A stretch of DNA of 62,816 nt, the filler included, from Octopus bimaculoides (Eukaryota), in the NCBI RefSeq assembly GCF_001194135.2. It is 4 parts of 4 records of this genome, joined end to end, with 100 filler letters (N's around TTAATTAATTAA, not from the genome) between each part and the next. Parts side by side here need not be neighbours in the genome. Positions count along the whole stretch, not along the records: positions 37,859 to 60,848 come from NC_068988.1; 3 more parts are not named here. One strand, written 5' to 3'. A model generated the notes under the pieces. It made no database searches, was not told the origin of the DNA, and was given only the letters and a program-made list of their open reading frames with translations. Numbering within the stretch: position 1 is the stretch's first letter; the number at the start of each line of letters is the position of its first letter. Positions 38,216-52,491 of this stretch are shown one piece after another. Both the position numbers and the translations under genes were made by a program.

Positions 38216-39934
38216 ATATCTTCAATGCGGAAGTTGTGTTCATGCTTGTACGGGTTTGGAGCAATGGGCGATTATATTTAATAAGCGCATGTTTCTTTCG
38301 AAATCAGTTTCTCTAGGCGTGTGCAACATTACTACGAATGGAAATTTATTTGTGCTGTTTGCCTCTGTATATGTATGGTGTATGTGAGTGCATGTTTGCA
38401 ATTTTAAATAAAAATGCGTACGTAATGCACATTTATAGTGAAAGACTAGAGACTACGTCGATGCGCGTACTATTTTCGAGGCCAAGTATGACTATAATCA
38501 TGGTACTCCATTTTTGCTGTGCCTCTATATGTGTGTGTTTTTTCTGTAGCAGTTTACATGTGTGTGTGTGTGTTGTTGTGTGCGTGTGTGGGGGTATATG
38601 TGGTGTGTGTGTGTGTATGTGCGTGTGGTGTGTGTATTTGTGTATGTGTGCGCGTCTGTAACGATTGATTTGACAGGACACTAAAGAGCAACATAAACGT
38701 ACCAGGAAAATTCAAAGATTATGGACATTATATAACAACATGTATGGGGATGTAGGCGTTTGTGTGTCTGTGTGTGTATTCGTTCTTCTATTCATTTACG
38801 TTTCAATTACGTTTCGTCGTACAAAATGACACTTGGACTTATTCTTTGTAAGCCTAGTTAAGGGCGTGGGCATAAACACCTCATAAACACCTCATCAAGG
38901 GATGGCGGAGAACACAGATATTTGTAAACGTTGGAGATCCATCACCAAAAGCAAAGTTATTTCGTTGTTTGTCCGGAGATACTAATTATTATCGACATTC
39001 TGTGTCAGATAACTCAAAATATCGAAGGCAAAGCAAAACCCTCCTATCATACTAGCAAGGGTTGCGCAGAATATGAATTAAGTATGGACTCAGTGCCAAC
39101 GATGTACGAAGCGTAAATCTTGCCAACGATACAGCAAATCAATCAACGATATTTCGCTGGTATTGCTAATATATATATAGACGAGTGAGTGAACAAATGA
39201 AAGAAGGGCACTCAATGTATTAGACTAGTACCCTCACCCGAAATTTCAGGTCTCGTGCACATTGCACAAATGATTATTATTGTTAATAGTTTACTCGTTA
39301 ACCATTTAATCAATTAACTAATCGCTTATTAGATGAAGATTTTGACCAGTCAATCAGTCAGCTGGTTTACATTTTCAGGATTATTTTGTCTTCATTTACA
39401 GACTCAACCAGGACTGTTTAATTATCTTCAATCAGGATGTGTGTGAATGGGTGACTGGATGCTTCAATGTGTGTGTATGTCTCTCTAGGCGTGTGTGTGA
39501 GTGCGTGTGTGTGAGTGTGTGTGAGCGTGTGCGCGGTGTGCATGTTGTGGGTGAATGTGTGGTTGTGTTATTTTACTGGTCAGCAGAGTTACATTTAATA
39601 CATTTTTGAGCACACTGCTCCGCAATCTATTACAAATCCAAAGATTTGCAGGAACATTGCGATATATAATCATTAATCATTTGAAAACCTACATATGAAT
39701 AAACACAAATTTATATTCTATCATACCTGTATTATGTTTACATACATAGTTTAAGTTTTCAACTGATTAATTTTTCATCTTTAACATTCTATATTATATT
39801 TATTGATATCTCCCTTATTTTAATTCTCTGTATTGTATAAACATTGCATTCATTTATGCATTTATTACATCAAGTTATTGCAAATTATTAACGTTTCGTG
39901 TGTCGTAATCGTTCAAAGAATAAATAGCACTAAT

Positions 39935-40300
39935 GCACGATTAATGAGAACGAAAAAGTTGTTCACCTCAAAAGACTTAACACTACACCTAAAACTGAAA
40001 TTAGTAAACATGTTATACCAGCTGTTACCAACGGGCAAGAACCTGGGACAGTGTACAGAACGATAAATAAAAAGATATATGTCTCTTTAAAATGTGGAGC
40101 GTTCGCTGATTGGCTGGAAAGAAACGGTAACAAACGCTGCAGCATTAGACGAGCTGAAACTCCAAAAACGTCTATATATCACATTTTTTGCTATTCAACG
40201 CGCGACATGTTATTGTCAAAGACCATTCTGACTGAACGCGTGGAGGAGACGAGAGTAAAAGGCCGTCAAATGGTTTTGAGGATTAGCGGCTTAAAAGTCC
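39935..40300 (+). mobile_element. RTE-like LINE 3' ORF fragment, heavily decayed
   Basis: Across frameshifts: KKLFTSKDLTLHLKLKLV...MWS.R..VTNAAALDEL...DMLLSKTILTERVEETRVKGRQ, resembling the post-RT region of RTE-clade ORF2 (TKIRL..FEMWC.RR..W..VTNEEVL..GKVEG.R.RGR). Confidence 0.6.
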
Positions 40301-40427
40301 GGATGATTGCATTCTGGGCAACGCAAAGGTTCATGGCTGACGACGGCAATTGATTAACTTCTCATTGCGGCTCAATATTCTATCTATTTTCAACGAACTT
40401 TATGGAAATACACAAAGGTACTTATCA

Positions 40428-40938
40428 TTTCAGTCATTATTCTGCGGCCATGCTGGGACACCATCTTGAATTGTAGCCGAATGTATCGACTTAGTACATA
40501 GTACTTAGTATATATATATATATATATATNNNNNNNNNNNNNNNNNNNNNNNNNNNNNNNNNNNNNNNNNNNNNNNNNNNNNNNNNNNNNNNNNNNNNNN
40601 NNNNNNNNNNNNNNNNNNNNNNNNNNNNNNNNNNNNNNNNNNNNNNNNNNNNNNNNNNNNNNNNNNNNNNNNNNNNNNNNNNNNNNNNNNNNNNNNNNNN
40701 NNNNNNNNNNNNNNNNNNNNNNNNNNNNNNNNNNNNNNNNNNNNNNNNNNNATATATATATATATATATATATAGGACAGGCTTCTTTCTGTTTCCGTCA
40801 ACCAAATCCACTCACAAGGCCTTAATCGGCTCGAGGCTATTGTAGAAGACACTTGCCCAAGGTGCCATGCAGTGGGACTGAACACCAAACCATGGGTTTG
40901 GAAGCAAGCTTCCTATCACACAGCTAAACCTGTGCCTT
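40428..40938 (-). mobile_element. SINE family A spanning an assembly gap
   Basis: Tail at 40428-40500, gap in the internal (TA)n, head at 40775-40938. Confidence 0.85.
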
Positions 40939-41579
40939 ATGTGCATAGCAAGTGTTTCGATACGTGTTTGTGTGGTGAAATTAAAGCTATTGCTGCACGG
41001 AAGCCATAAGTTAGTTAGGCAGAAGCTTATAAAGGCCGTCAAATTCATTCAAAATTTTATTTGTAGATCGAAACTGCGATCTATTCACTGAGAAAGAGTA
41101 ATGCAGCAAACGAATTTGCAGCAATCGCTGAATCGAAATACTTTATTAATTTATGTGCAACATTATAAGAATTACTGCACTTATCAACTCCCAAATGCAA
41201 TACAGAAACGTTACTAGAATGAAAGATGTATTGGCTTAGTGTCAACCTTGTTAAAATAACAGATTAGTTTCAATCGTCCAGTGATTTTTCTGGAAATATC
41301 TGGATAGGAAACTGTATGGTAATAAATATTGTAATTCAGAGATTATATATTTTTAAAACACGTACACACGCATATAAAGACATTTGCAAACCACAAATTC
41401 AATTCTTACAGTCGCATTTATTATTATTTATATTATGATTTTTTCTTCTTTCTTCAAATTTTCTTCCATTTCTCGCCGAGTGTTTTCCGTACACCTAGGG
41501 CAGAGAAGCAGAGAAGCTCATTGTATGCATTCCCAGTTTACACACGCAAAATCACAGGTAATGTATGTATGTAAAAAAT

Positions 41580-41588
41580 ATTATTATT

Positions 41589-41673
<85 letters not shown>

Positions 41674-41728
41674 ATACTAATACTACTAATACTAATACTA
41701 CTATTGCCGTCATCATCATCATCATCAT
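41580..41728. repeat. Compound trinucleotide microsatellite (ATT)/(ATC)/(ACT)
   Basis: Directly visible; a similar (ATT)/(ATC)/(AGC) run is at 43160-43264. Confidence 0.95.
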
Positions 41729-42970
41729 AATCCTCGTCATTATTCGCTTTGTAACAGCGAATTTATAGTGATTATTTTAAAGTATACATGCACGAATCTT
41801 CTAAAAAAATTCCATTTTATATATTTTTTGTATTATCTTCCAAAGCCGTTTGCCCAGAGTGTCTTACACACTCTCGGAAAGAGACAGAACGAGACACAGA
41901 AAGGCAGATAGAGAAGTGGGGGGAGGAGAGGGAGGATGAGAAATAGTGATGATATGAGAAAGGGAGAGGAAACGTGAGCGAGATACTATATGAGAAAACT
42001 CTAGAGAGAATGTAGAAGCGATAGTCAGAGAATGAGAGACAAAGGCAAAGAGATAGCTACAGAGAGAGAGAAGGAGAAAGAGAGAGAGATTAAGAAGATC
42101 GTCACAGCAAGAAGGAAAACGTGAGTAACGGCGGTGGTTTGTTTACAAGCGAAGATAATTTTAACACAACTTGGGATTTCAATGTTTTAAAATCTTCGTA
42201 GAAACCACAACAGCAATGAAGGACACATTACGTAACGACTTTAGCATCGAAGGCACATATTGACCGTTCAGAAATATGCAAAGACTGTTAACTTCATTTA
42301 ACATTTGATGCTTGTAATACGGTGTCATAAAGTCTGTTGCTTCAGACCTCGTCTTTAGTGACGATGTTGTTGCACCGCTTTTAAGCTTTAGGTTTACAGG
42401 GGTTCTTCGGTGTTAATTAGAAAGTTTGCATAAAAGGAAAAGAATATTCAGAATTCTATTCAAAAATTAAAGTATTTTAGAAGATCAAAGCAAATTTGAA
42501 TTCATCATCATCATTATTGTTATATTTTCATTATCATCTTCTTTCAATTCTGTTTCCATTTCTTGCAGAGTCTCTTCCTGATACCCAGGAGAGAGAAACG
42601 TACTGTATACATTAGCAGGTCATTAAAGTAAGCACAACAGATTGTCCATTTACAAAGTCGTGTGATAGAGAAAAAGGGGAAGAAAGGCAGAGATAAAAAG
42701 GAAAATATAAAAAAATATGCAATGAACATAAACAATGAAAATAAAGAGGAAAAGGAAAGAAAATTGGCAGCGACAATGCTCTTCTCAGTGCATGTGACGT
42801 ATCAGTTAAGATAATCTTTTGCACTTAATACATGGCTGGTAAACCAGGGGTAATTCTGAAATAATTTTCAGTTCTTTTTTCATCATTCCAAGTGCTCCTA
42901 CAATCACTTTGTATTGTAACACATCTTTTCGAGTTCGATTACGAAATCTTTATATGTTCTGAACTTATCA

Positions 42971-43140
42971 AATTCTTTTGCCGAGATGGTCGAGTAGCCC
43001 ATCCCACTCAAAAGGTCTCTGGATAAGGATTATTTAAGGATGTTGAAAGAAACACCTATGTTTTCAAAGGTGAATTATTCAAACCGCAAAGAATTCCTCT
43101 CACCATATGGCTATGATCCTCCCCAACTACTTCTCGCTCA
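42971..43140 (-). mobile_element. Family D retroposon, internal fragment
   Basis: gagtag.ccatcccactcaaaaggtc.ctg.ataagg...aaagaattcct matches about 32720-32880. Confidence 0.75.
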
Positions 43141-43161
43141 CCAACTACTTCTTTACTATCA

Positions 43162-43205
<44 letters not shown>

Positions 43206-43228
43206 GTTATTATTATTATTATTATTAT

Positions 43229-43259
<31 letters not shown>

Positions 43260-44356
43260 AGCAGTGCCGATCTATTGGCTACATTTCGCAGCCAGAAAAT
43301 AAAGTTCCCACCCATATTATAGTTTATAGTTTGTGTCAGAAATAGTGAGTATGTCGTTGGTCACGATAAAGTAGAAGTATCAAATAGAGAGAACTGTAGG
43401 AAATTGTTTTTGTTTGTCTTTTTTTTTATTTTTTATTTTTTCTTTTGTATCATTGTATGAAAGTCCGTTTCGGAAATTTCATACGGAAATGACCTAAAGT
43501 TTAATTTCATCTCTCAGACCATATTGGTTACATTTAACAACTACTTGTGTATCAAGTCTATATTGGACAGAGTGCTTTCATCTAAGATTGTATGGGATAT
43601 TTTTAAATACTACTTAAGGAAAGTTAGATTGAATGCATAATCTATTAATGACAGTTTTGCCACATTTTAATAATACCATCTTTTGCAGCAGAAATAATTT
43701 ATAACGGCGAATAATATATAACCAGTTATCAATACAAAGTCACTTTTCAAAGAATCGCTTTCAAACAATGTCACGAAATTCTGTATTTATATATATTACA
43801 GATGAATAATATGTCTGCGTTGACAGCCAACGTTGTCGAGTGACGTGATATGAAGAAAGGCTTATTCCATTTACTTAGCTATTGAATAATTTTTACATTT
43901 AAAATATCTTTTTAACGATACAGTCATATGAATAGGTTATTCAAAAAGTCTGTGATAAAAGCGATCAAATGACGCTTTCCGATCGTCGAAATACAGTAAT
44001 AAATCCTAATTGGTGAAACTTATGTTGTACTTCTGAGAATTTTCCAACGCATAACTAGCAGAAGTGTTTACGCAGAAAGTAAATTGTCTATAATGCTTTT
44101 ACATTATGAAAATCTGAAAACTATGAAATAATCTAGTCGTATACATTACTTTCCTCAAGTTAAAGTGTGATTCTATTCTGTAGACTATACAGAGTTCTAC
44201 CGTCTACTAGAAATAGCAGTTTGCCGTCTTTATAAAGACATTAGATTATGCAGTTATAGATATAGAATATAAACGACAAGATGATTATTGCTGGAACTGA
44301 TTTCTTTATGAGTATACGACTGCAAAATAACTCGGGGTTAAGCAGCAACATTTAAT

Positions 44357-44726
44357 GTTGGCACTCCGTCGCTTACGACGTCGAGGGTTCCAGTTGATCC
44401 GATCAACGGAACAGCCTGCTCGTGAAATTAACGTGTAAGTGGCTGAGCACTCCACAGACACGTGTACCCTTACCGTAGTTCTCGGGGATATTCAGCGTGA
44501 CAAGACTTGCCCTGTGAATTGCAGGCACAACGGAAACAGGAAGTAAGAGTGAGAGAAAATTGTGGTGAAAGAATACAGCAGGGTTCGCCACCATCCCCTG
44601 CCGGAGCCTCGTGGAGCTTTAGGTGTTTTCGCTCAATAAACACTCACAACGCCCGGTCTGGGAATCGAAACCACGATCCTATGACCGCGAGTCTGCTGCC
44701 CTAACCACTGGGCCATTGGACTTCCA
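44357..44726 (-). mobile_element. tRNA-derived SINE, family C, full length with TSD
   Basis: Highly similar to 4495-4888; perfect 14-bp TSD cagcaacatttaat at 44343-44356 and 44727-44740. Confidence 0.92.
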
Positions 44727-44989
44727 CAGCAACATTTAATAGAGAACGAATAACAAAACTGGTATTGCACGGTACAACATGATTCCATTTTTAGTTCAAG
44801 TACTCAATTGGTGAAATAACACGTTTTTAATCGTTGAACTCGAAATGGAAAAGCTATAAAAAAATAGCGTTTAAACATTGGATTTGAATTCTTCTTTTGT
44901 TCTATGTAAAGGCATTTTAACCCAATATTTGGATGCCATTATATATACCTATTCTAAAGTGATGCGCTGGTAGATTATTTAATATTTTC

Positions 44990-45155
44990 AGACAAAATGC
45001 TCGGCGGCATTTCGTTTGTCTTTTAGTTCTTTCATATTCCCCCGATGTAGATTTTACCTTTCATCTTTTCGGGGTCGATGAATTTTGGTACCAGTTGCGC
45101 ACTGGGGTTGATGTAATCAATTTACGATTTGGCACCAATGAAAGAAAGGATTATT
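44990..45155 (+). mobile_element. SINE-B, degenerate
   Basis: ctttcatcttttcggggtcgatg...gtaccagttgcgcactggggttgatgtaatc; another degenerate copy is at about 47270-47395 (-). Confidence 0.7.
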
Positions 45156-47062
45156 TATAGCATTTCTACTTCGTTCGAGTTCGACTATTAAAAACGAATT
45201 ATTTCCTGTCCCCTCAAACTTTCTAAATTCTTAAGATGCCAACCGTCTCTTAATACTTTTTTTTCTTTTTTTTTTCCTTTTATTGCCAGGGTCATTCAAA
45301 TATATTCCAGTCAGGTACTGAGGTCATTTAAATTGATTACATTATTATTTGAAGAAAACAAAAATTTGGTATCTGTGTGGCAATGATTTAAATCAAGTTT
45401 TAATACGAACCCTTTTACAATTTAACATTGAAGCACCATCGAAGAGGGTTTTATACTTTCATATTAATTCGATAAGTGCTATTAATACACTGGCGCCTTC
45501 ACAGAAATTGGCCAGCTTCTTAGTGAAAAGAAATCGTTATTAGGTTCACATAGACACAAGCTCAATAGACAAGCAATAACAATAGCCGTTAGTTCAGCTT
45601 TTAAGTTAGTAGAAAATAGATGAGTCACTACCGTCCAATCACCTTGGTATTCTACTGCTCTCACACTACACTTCACTTCCTCTGCAACAAAAATACTTAC
45701 ATACAAATAAATACCACGAATATATTATTACTTCATTACTTTCCAAACTTACATAAAATAGCCAAGGAAAGTCTTGTCGAGGTAGGAGGCAATATAGTTT
45801 AATACATGGGCAGAAAAAGTCAATCTGCTAACACAAGTTACTGAAATACGAATTATTTTGGTTATAAATGAAAGCCGAGATCAATGCCATTCCTTCGGTT
45901 TGTTTCATGTGGACTTTCTGTCTTCTAACAACAAAGGAATTCTCATTCTGTTTCACTGTTTATATATTATTTTTAGCATGGTTACTATATCACGTGATGA
46001 TTTATTTCCTTTTGTGGTTTTTCGAATATTGATTTCAGTTTCAGAATTTCCATCTCCTATTCTCTATCACTGTTATAGATATACACTTAGACACATACAG
46101 AATATATTGCATACAAACACGCCTGCAATCATTTATATTTATGCATGTATCTATTTATCTATCTATATATGTGTATGTGTGTGTGTATGTGTGTGTGTAT
46201 CTATATGTATGTATGCATGTATGTACCTATGTATGTATTGATTGCATTATATTGTTGTGGTGTCCATTATATCCGTTCACATGGTCTACATATATAGAAA
46301 AGAAGGGTGAAAGAGAGAGAGAGAGAGAGAGAGAGANNNNNNNNNNNNNNNNNNNNNNNNNNNNNNNNNNNNNNNNNNNNNNNNNNNNNNNNNNNNNNNN
46401 NNNNNNNNNNNNNNNNNNNNNNNNNNNNNNNNNNNNNNNNNNNNNNNNNNNNNNNNNNNNNNNNNNNNNNNNNNNNNNNNNNNNNNNNNNNNNNNNNNNN
46501 NNNNNNNNNNNNNNNNNNNNNNNNNNNNNNNNNNNNNNNNNNNNNNNNNNNNNNNNNNNNNNNNNNNNNNNNNNNNNNNNNNNNNNNNNNNNNNNNNNNN
46601 NNNNNNNNNNNNNNNNNNNNNNNNNNNNNNNNNNNNNNNNNNNNNNNNNNNNNNNNNNNNNNNNNNNNNNNNNNNNNNNNNNNNNNNNNNNNNNNNNNNN
46701 NNNNNNNNNNNNNNNNNNNNNNNNNNNNNNNNNNNNNNNNNNNNNNNNNNNNNNNNNNNNNNNNNNNNNNNNNNNNNNNNNNNNNNNNNNNNNNNNNNNN
46801 NNNNNNNNNNNNNNNNNNNNNNNNNNNNNNNNNNNNNNNNNNNNNNNNNNNNNNNNNNNNNNNNNNNNNNNNNNNNNNNNNNNNNNNNNNNNNNNNNNNN
46901 NNNNNNNNNNNNACATATATATATGTATGTATATATACATATATATGTGTGTGTGTGTATGTCTGTGTGTGTTATATTATATATGCGTACCCACACATGT
47001 GTGTGGGTGTGTATGTGGATCGATATATGTATATATAGTGATAGACAGATAGATAGACAGAC

Positions 47063-47117
<55 letters not shown>

Positions 47118-49671
47118 CAGTTAGATGATTTATAAATGTATACTTGTACACGGGTATGCGTGAGCATACATCGATAATTGCGTGCGTGTATATTTATGCA
47201 CGTGTGTGTGTCATTCAGAAGGTGAATATATGTAACTGTATGTGTGTGTTTGTGTATGTGTTTACAGAAAACCTTTCCATATTCACAATGATGAATTTCG
47301 CAGAGGAGGGGTCTAGATAATTGAATCGACCTCATTATAGTGGCGAAAATTGAAGAATGGATGAAAGCAAGGTCGACCTCTGCAGTCTTTGAAATAAAAC
47401 TAATACGAAAATAAACACTCTAAGTTATTCACAACGGTGTTCCAATGTTTCTGTTTTTGCCAATTCCGATATATTTCCCTCTTGCTCGGATTCTAACTCT
47501 CACCCGCCCTATATATGTGTACGCACGTGTGCGTGTATGCGTATGTGTATGATACCCAAGTCGTTTGCTTCGATTATACACACACATATACATGTATATA
47601 TATATATATATATATATNNNNNNNNNNNNNNNNNNNNNNNNNNNNNNNNNNNNNNNNNNNNNNNNNNNNNNNNNNNNNNNNNNNNNNNNNNNNNNNNNNN
47701 NNNNNNNNNNNNNNNNNNNNNNNNNNNNNNNNNNNNNNNNNNNNNNNNNNNNNNNNNNNNNNNNNNNNNNNNNNNNNNNNNNNNNNNNNNNNNNNNNNNN
47801 NNNNNNNNNNNNNNNNNNNNNNNNNNNNNNNNNNNNNNNNNNNNNNNNNNNNNNNNNNNNNNNNNNNNNNNNNNNNNNNNNNNNNNNNNNNNNNNNNNNN
47901 NNNNNNNNNNNNNNNNNNNNNNNNNNNNNNNNNNNNNNNNNNNNNNNNNNNNNNNNNNNNNNNNNNNNNNNNNNNNNNNNNNNNNNNNNNNNNNNNNNNN
48001 NNNNNNNNNNNNNNNNNNNNNNNNNNNNNNNNNNNNNNNNNNNNNNNNNNNNNNNNNNNNNNNNNNNNNNNNNNNNNNNNNNNNNNNNNNNNNNNNNNNN
48101 NNNNNNNNNNNNNNNNNNNNNNNNNNNNNNNNNNNNNNNNNNNNNNNNNNNNNNNNNNNNNNNNNNNNNNNNNNNNNNNNNNNNNNNNNNNNNNNNNNNN
48201 NNNNNNNNNNNNNNNNNNNNNNNNNNNNNNNNNNNNNNNNNNNNNNNNNNNNNNNNNNNNNNNNNNNNNNNNNNNNNNNNNNNNNNNNNNNNNNNNNNNN
48301 NNNNNNNNNNNNNNNNNNNNNNNNNNNNNNNNNNNNNNNNNNNNNNNNNNNNNNNNNNNNNNNNNNNNNNNNNNNNNNNNNNNNNNNNNNNNNNNNNNNN
48401 NNNNNNNNNNNNNNNATATATATATATATATACATACATATATATATGCATAGACATAGATACTTACATATAAGTCGCGGGAGGTAGACTAAACAGATGT
48501 ATAAAATGATATTTTGTTTGTTGAGTTTATTGCAGTAGGTAACTTTTGTAGTTAGCATTGTTAGAAGAGATGAATAAATGGCTGCTAAACCATCGTTGGT
48601 GATTGTGTTGAATGGGAAAGAGAGAGAAAATTATGGAGCACTATAATATCTGTGTATCTCATAAATTCTTTCTAATAGTACATCAGTTGGTAATATTTCA
48701 TGTCGTATGTGCAGCGATCTGGCTAGAACATACTGCTAAGTGCCTATACATCCATCCACCCATACATACATGCATACATACATACATACATGCATGCATG
48801 CATACATATACGTGTGTTTTTTTTTAAGTATATACACGCGTCTATGCATGTTTATATCTGTCTGTGAGTGATTGTGTGTGTATATATGTATACAAATATG
48901 TTTAAATATATATATATATATATANNNNNNNNNNNNNNNNNNNNNNNNNNNNNNNNNNNNNNNNNNNNNNNNNNNNNNNNNNNNNNNNNNNNNNNNNNNN
49001 NNNNNNNNNNNNNNNNNNNNNNNNNNNNNNNNNNNNNNNNNNNNNNNNNNNNNNNNNNNNNNNNNNNNNNNNNNNNNNNNNNNNNNNNNNNNNNNNNNNN
49101 NNNNNNNNNNNNNNNNNNNNNNNNNNNNNNNNNNNNNNNNNNNNNNNNNNNNNNNNNNNNNNNNNNNNNNNNNNNNNNNNNNNNNNNNNNNNNNNNNNNN
49201 NNNNNNNNNNNNNNNNNNNNNNNNNNNNNNNNNNNNATATATGGCATTTTATTGAAAAGTTGACTAATCGTTATTTCGTGAATCGCTGTTTTATAATTTC
49301 GTATTTTTGATCTTCAGAAGGAAAATGATGCAAGTGGAACATTAGGAAGATAGATAAAGTCTGCGAGACGTATCAGTTAATACAAATATCGATATTTGAT
49401 TGGATAAATAAATTTAAGACGCAGCTATGGTAACAAGGGTTTATTGGATAAATCCTATGCCATTTGAAAGACATAAAAAGGAATGCTGGTATATATATAA
49501 CAGATAAATACATTAGAACATGGCTTGAGGAAATCCTGAAAGATGACGTGATCATAGGAAGTAGAAAGAGACGAGAAACAAGTGAAAATGTAACGATTTC
49601 GAAGAAGAGAAAGCCTATCGGAATGTGAAGAAAAAATGGGAAAACATGAATATAGAGAAGGCAAATAATTG

Positions 49672-50480
49672 TTTCAAATTTTGGTACAAGGCTAGCAATT
49701 ATGAGTTAGAGGATGTTTGATCACATCGGCCTTGATACTTCAATGATATTTTTATATTATTGAGTCTGAGAGGAAAAAATCAAAATAGACCTCGGCGGAT
49801 TTTGAAGTCAGAAATGCCGCTAAGCAGTCTGCCAGCTGTAATAACGAATTACTCTGCTAGCATTCCGCTTTAAAATAATAACAGTTTTAAAGAGCGTCGG
49901 TTTAATCTACTACATCGATCTCCAGTACTCAACAGGTACTTAAGTTCTCGACTCCAAAGAGATGAAAGGCGAAGTCGAACTTGCCGGAATTTGAACTCAG
50001 TAGGTAAACACGGACGAAATGTCGGTAAGAATTGTGCTGGGCATGCTAACGATTCTGTCAGCAAAGGCGGAGAGCGGGTAGAATCGTTATCTCGCTGGAC
50101 GAAATATATAGTGGCATTTCGCCCGTTGCTACGTTCTGAGTTCAAATACCGCCGAGGTCGACTTTGTCTTTCACCCTTTCGGGTTGATAAATTGAATACC
50201 AGTTGAGCACTGGAGTCCATGTAATCACCCAAGTTTCAGACATTGTGCCTATAATAGAAAGGATTCTGTCAGCCTGCCGCCACTAACTTTGGTGCAAAGC
50301 CAGCAGTTTTAGAGCGAGGAAGATTCGATAACATTGACATAAATATTGACTGCTATTTTGTTTTATTGACCTCGAAACGATGAAGGTCAAAGTTGACCAC
50401 AATGGAATTTTAGCATAAATAACCGGAACAAATATCACTAGATATTTTCAACCGTCGTGCTCCTGACTCTGCCATCTCGG
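49672..50480. mobile_element. Cluster of four SINE-B copies (-, -, +, -)
   Basis: Copies at about 49672-49870 (-), 49880-50060 (-), 50061-50265 (+) and 50283-50480 (-); the middle pair is joined head-to-head. Confidence 0.75.
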
Positions 50481-51087
50481 CTGACCTATATTACGGAAGA
50501 GAAAGAGAATAGAGCATTTTAATAGATGATCAGAGATATCATAGAGAAAGATGAAGTAGAATATAAAACGATAAATATATGATTAAAAACTGAATATCAG
50601 CAAACTATAAGAAAACTAAGCAATAGATTAAAAAATCTTGAAAAAAAAGTATTCCGATATCTTTTTGACGTGCGATAGCAGATTGATCATTTGTGAAAGA
50701 CGCCTATAACGCAACCGTAGATTTATCAGCGCAGGAGAAAGAAATAGATGAGCAAAAATAGATTTGTGCACACAGATATGGATACAAACAAACACACGCG
50801 CGCGAGCAGGCACGCACTCACACATTCATACAAACACACGCATACACACAGACATGTATGTTTTCACATAGCAAATATCGGAGATTATATACATAGATAT
50901 ATGCTCGATTGTAAAGTATGTCATACGTAGTTACACATAAATGCGGACAAGGTCTTGCATATATATAGAGAGAGAGAGGGGGAGAGAGGGAGAGAGAGGG
51001 GGGAGAGAGAGAAAGAGAGAGATAAAGACAGGCAAGCAGACAGGCAAACGGACATATAGATAAATAGATAGATAGATAGATAGATGA

Positions 51088-51141
<54 letters not shown>

Positions 51142-51149
51142 CGAATTAA

Positions 51150-51950
51150 AGCGTGGGGCTTATTAGCAATTAGAACCTAAAGGCAAAATTAATAGAGGTC
51201 ACAAAAGTGACGCGGGGTACAGACTAGCACTGCTTTTGCTAAACTAAGAGAAATTAACCCCAAAGCCACTAAAGCACTATACTTAAGAACTGACAAAGTT
51301 CCTAGCGTATATAGCAGTATTGTGATTTCGAATTTTGGTGTAGACCACCTTAATTCTCATGACCTTCTCTTAACGCCAAGGGTTAAATTCAATTTCCTTT
51401 GTCAATCTTACAAGAAAAACCGTTGAAAACATTTTCAGCTGATTTTCAGCACAAATAACAGATTAAGAGGATGGCTTATTAGCAATTAGAAACTACCTCC
51501 TCTTGTCAGTCATTAAATATAGTGCTTTATCGGCTTTGGAGTTAATTTAACTCTTATTTTAGTACAAGCGGTGCTAGTCAACACTTTCTGTCACTTTTGT
51601 GACGTCTATAAATTTTGCCTTTAGATTGTAATTGCTAATAAACCACCCTCTTAAGTTGCTGCTTACACCTCTACCATTTTGAACATCAGCATATGTTTTC
51701 ACCCGTTTTTCTTATCGGATTGACAAAGGAAGTTCAGTTTAACCCTAGACGTAAAGAGCTGCTGATGAGAATCAAGTTAGTCTACACCAAAATTCGAAAT
51801 CGTGATACGGATATATAGGCTAGGGGTATACCTCCCTTTGTCAGTCATTAAGTATAGTACTTCAGCGACTTTGAAGTTAATTTAACTCTTAGTTTAGCAT
51901 AAGCTGTGCTAGTCAGCACCCTCCATCACTTTTGGGACCTCTATTAATTT
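51150..51950. mobile_element. Long fold-back element related to the nested TTAA MITE
   Basis: Left arm about 51186-51432 is the reverse complement of about 51693-51950; left terminus ttaa|agcgtggggcttattagcaattag; right terminus lost at a microsatellite. Confidence 0.8.
51467..51650. mobile_element. TTAA-flanked MITE (Kolobok-like)
   Basis: ttaa|gaggatggcttattagcaatta ... taattgctaataaaccaccctc|ttaa; purine-purine termini with a TTAA TSD fit Kolobok rather than piggyBac (CCY termini). Confidence 0.75.
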
Positions 51951-52078
51951 ATATTTATATATGTATACGTAGGTGAAGATAGATAGTTAGATATATACAT
52001 ACATACATACATATATACATACATGCATAGATACATAGATAGATAGACAGACACATAGATGCATATATATATATATAT

Positions 52079-52117
<39 letters not shown>

Positions 52118-52140
52118 CATAGATAGATAGATAGATAGAC

Positions 52141-52205
<65 letters not shown>

Positions 52206-52449
52206 TCCTATCCCATATCACACATAAATACACATACATATGGGCATGCGCTTGTTTGTCCGTGTGCATTTTGAAGATATATACGCAAAAATGCATTCGA
52301 TGTACATGCATTCAGTTCTATAAACGAAGACTCCGCTTTTGTAACAAAGGGGAAATTATTAGAAATGTTATGAATATTATGAATACTTCTGTGAAAAGAA
52401 AGACAGAAAGATAACTCTGACCATCAACTGAGGGATATATTTCTTTATG

Positions 52450-52491
<42 letters not shown>

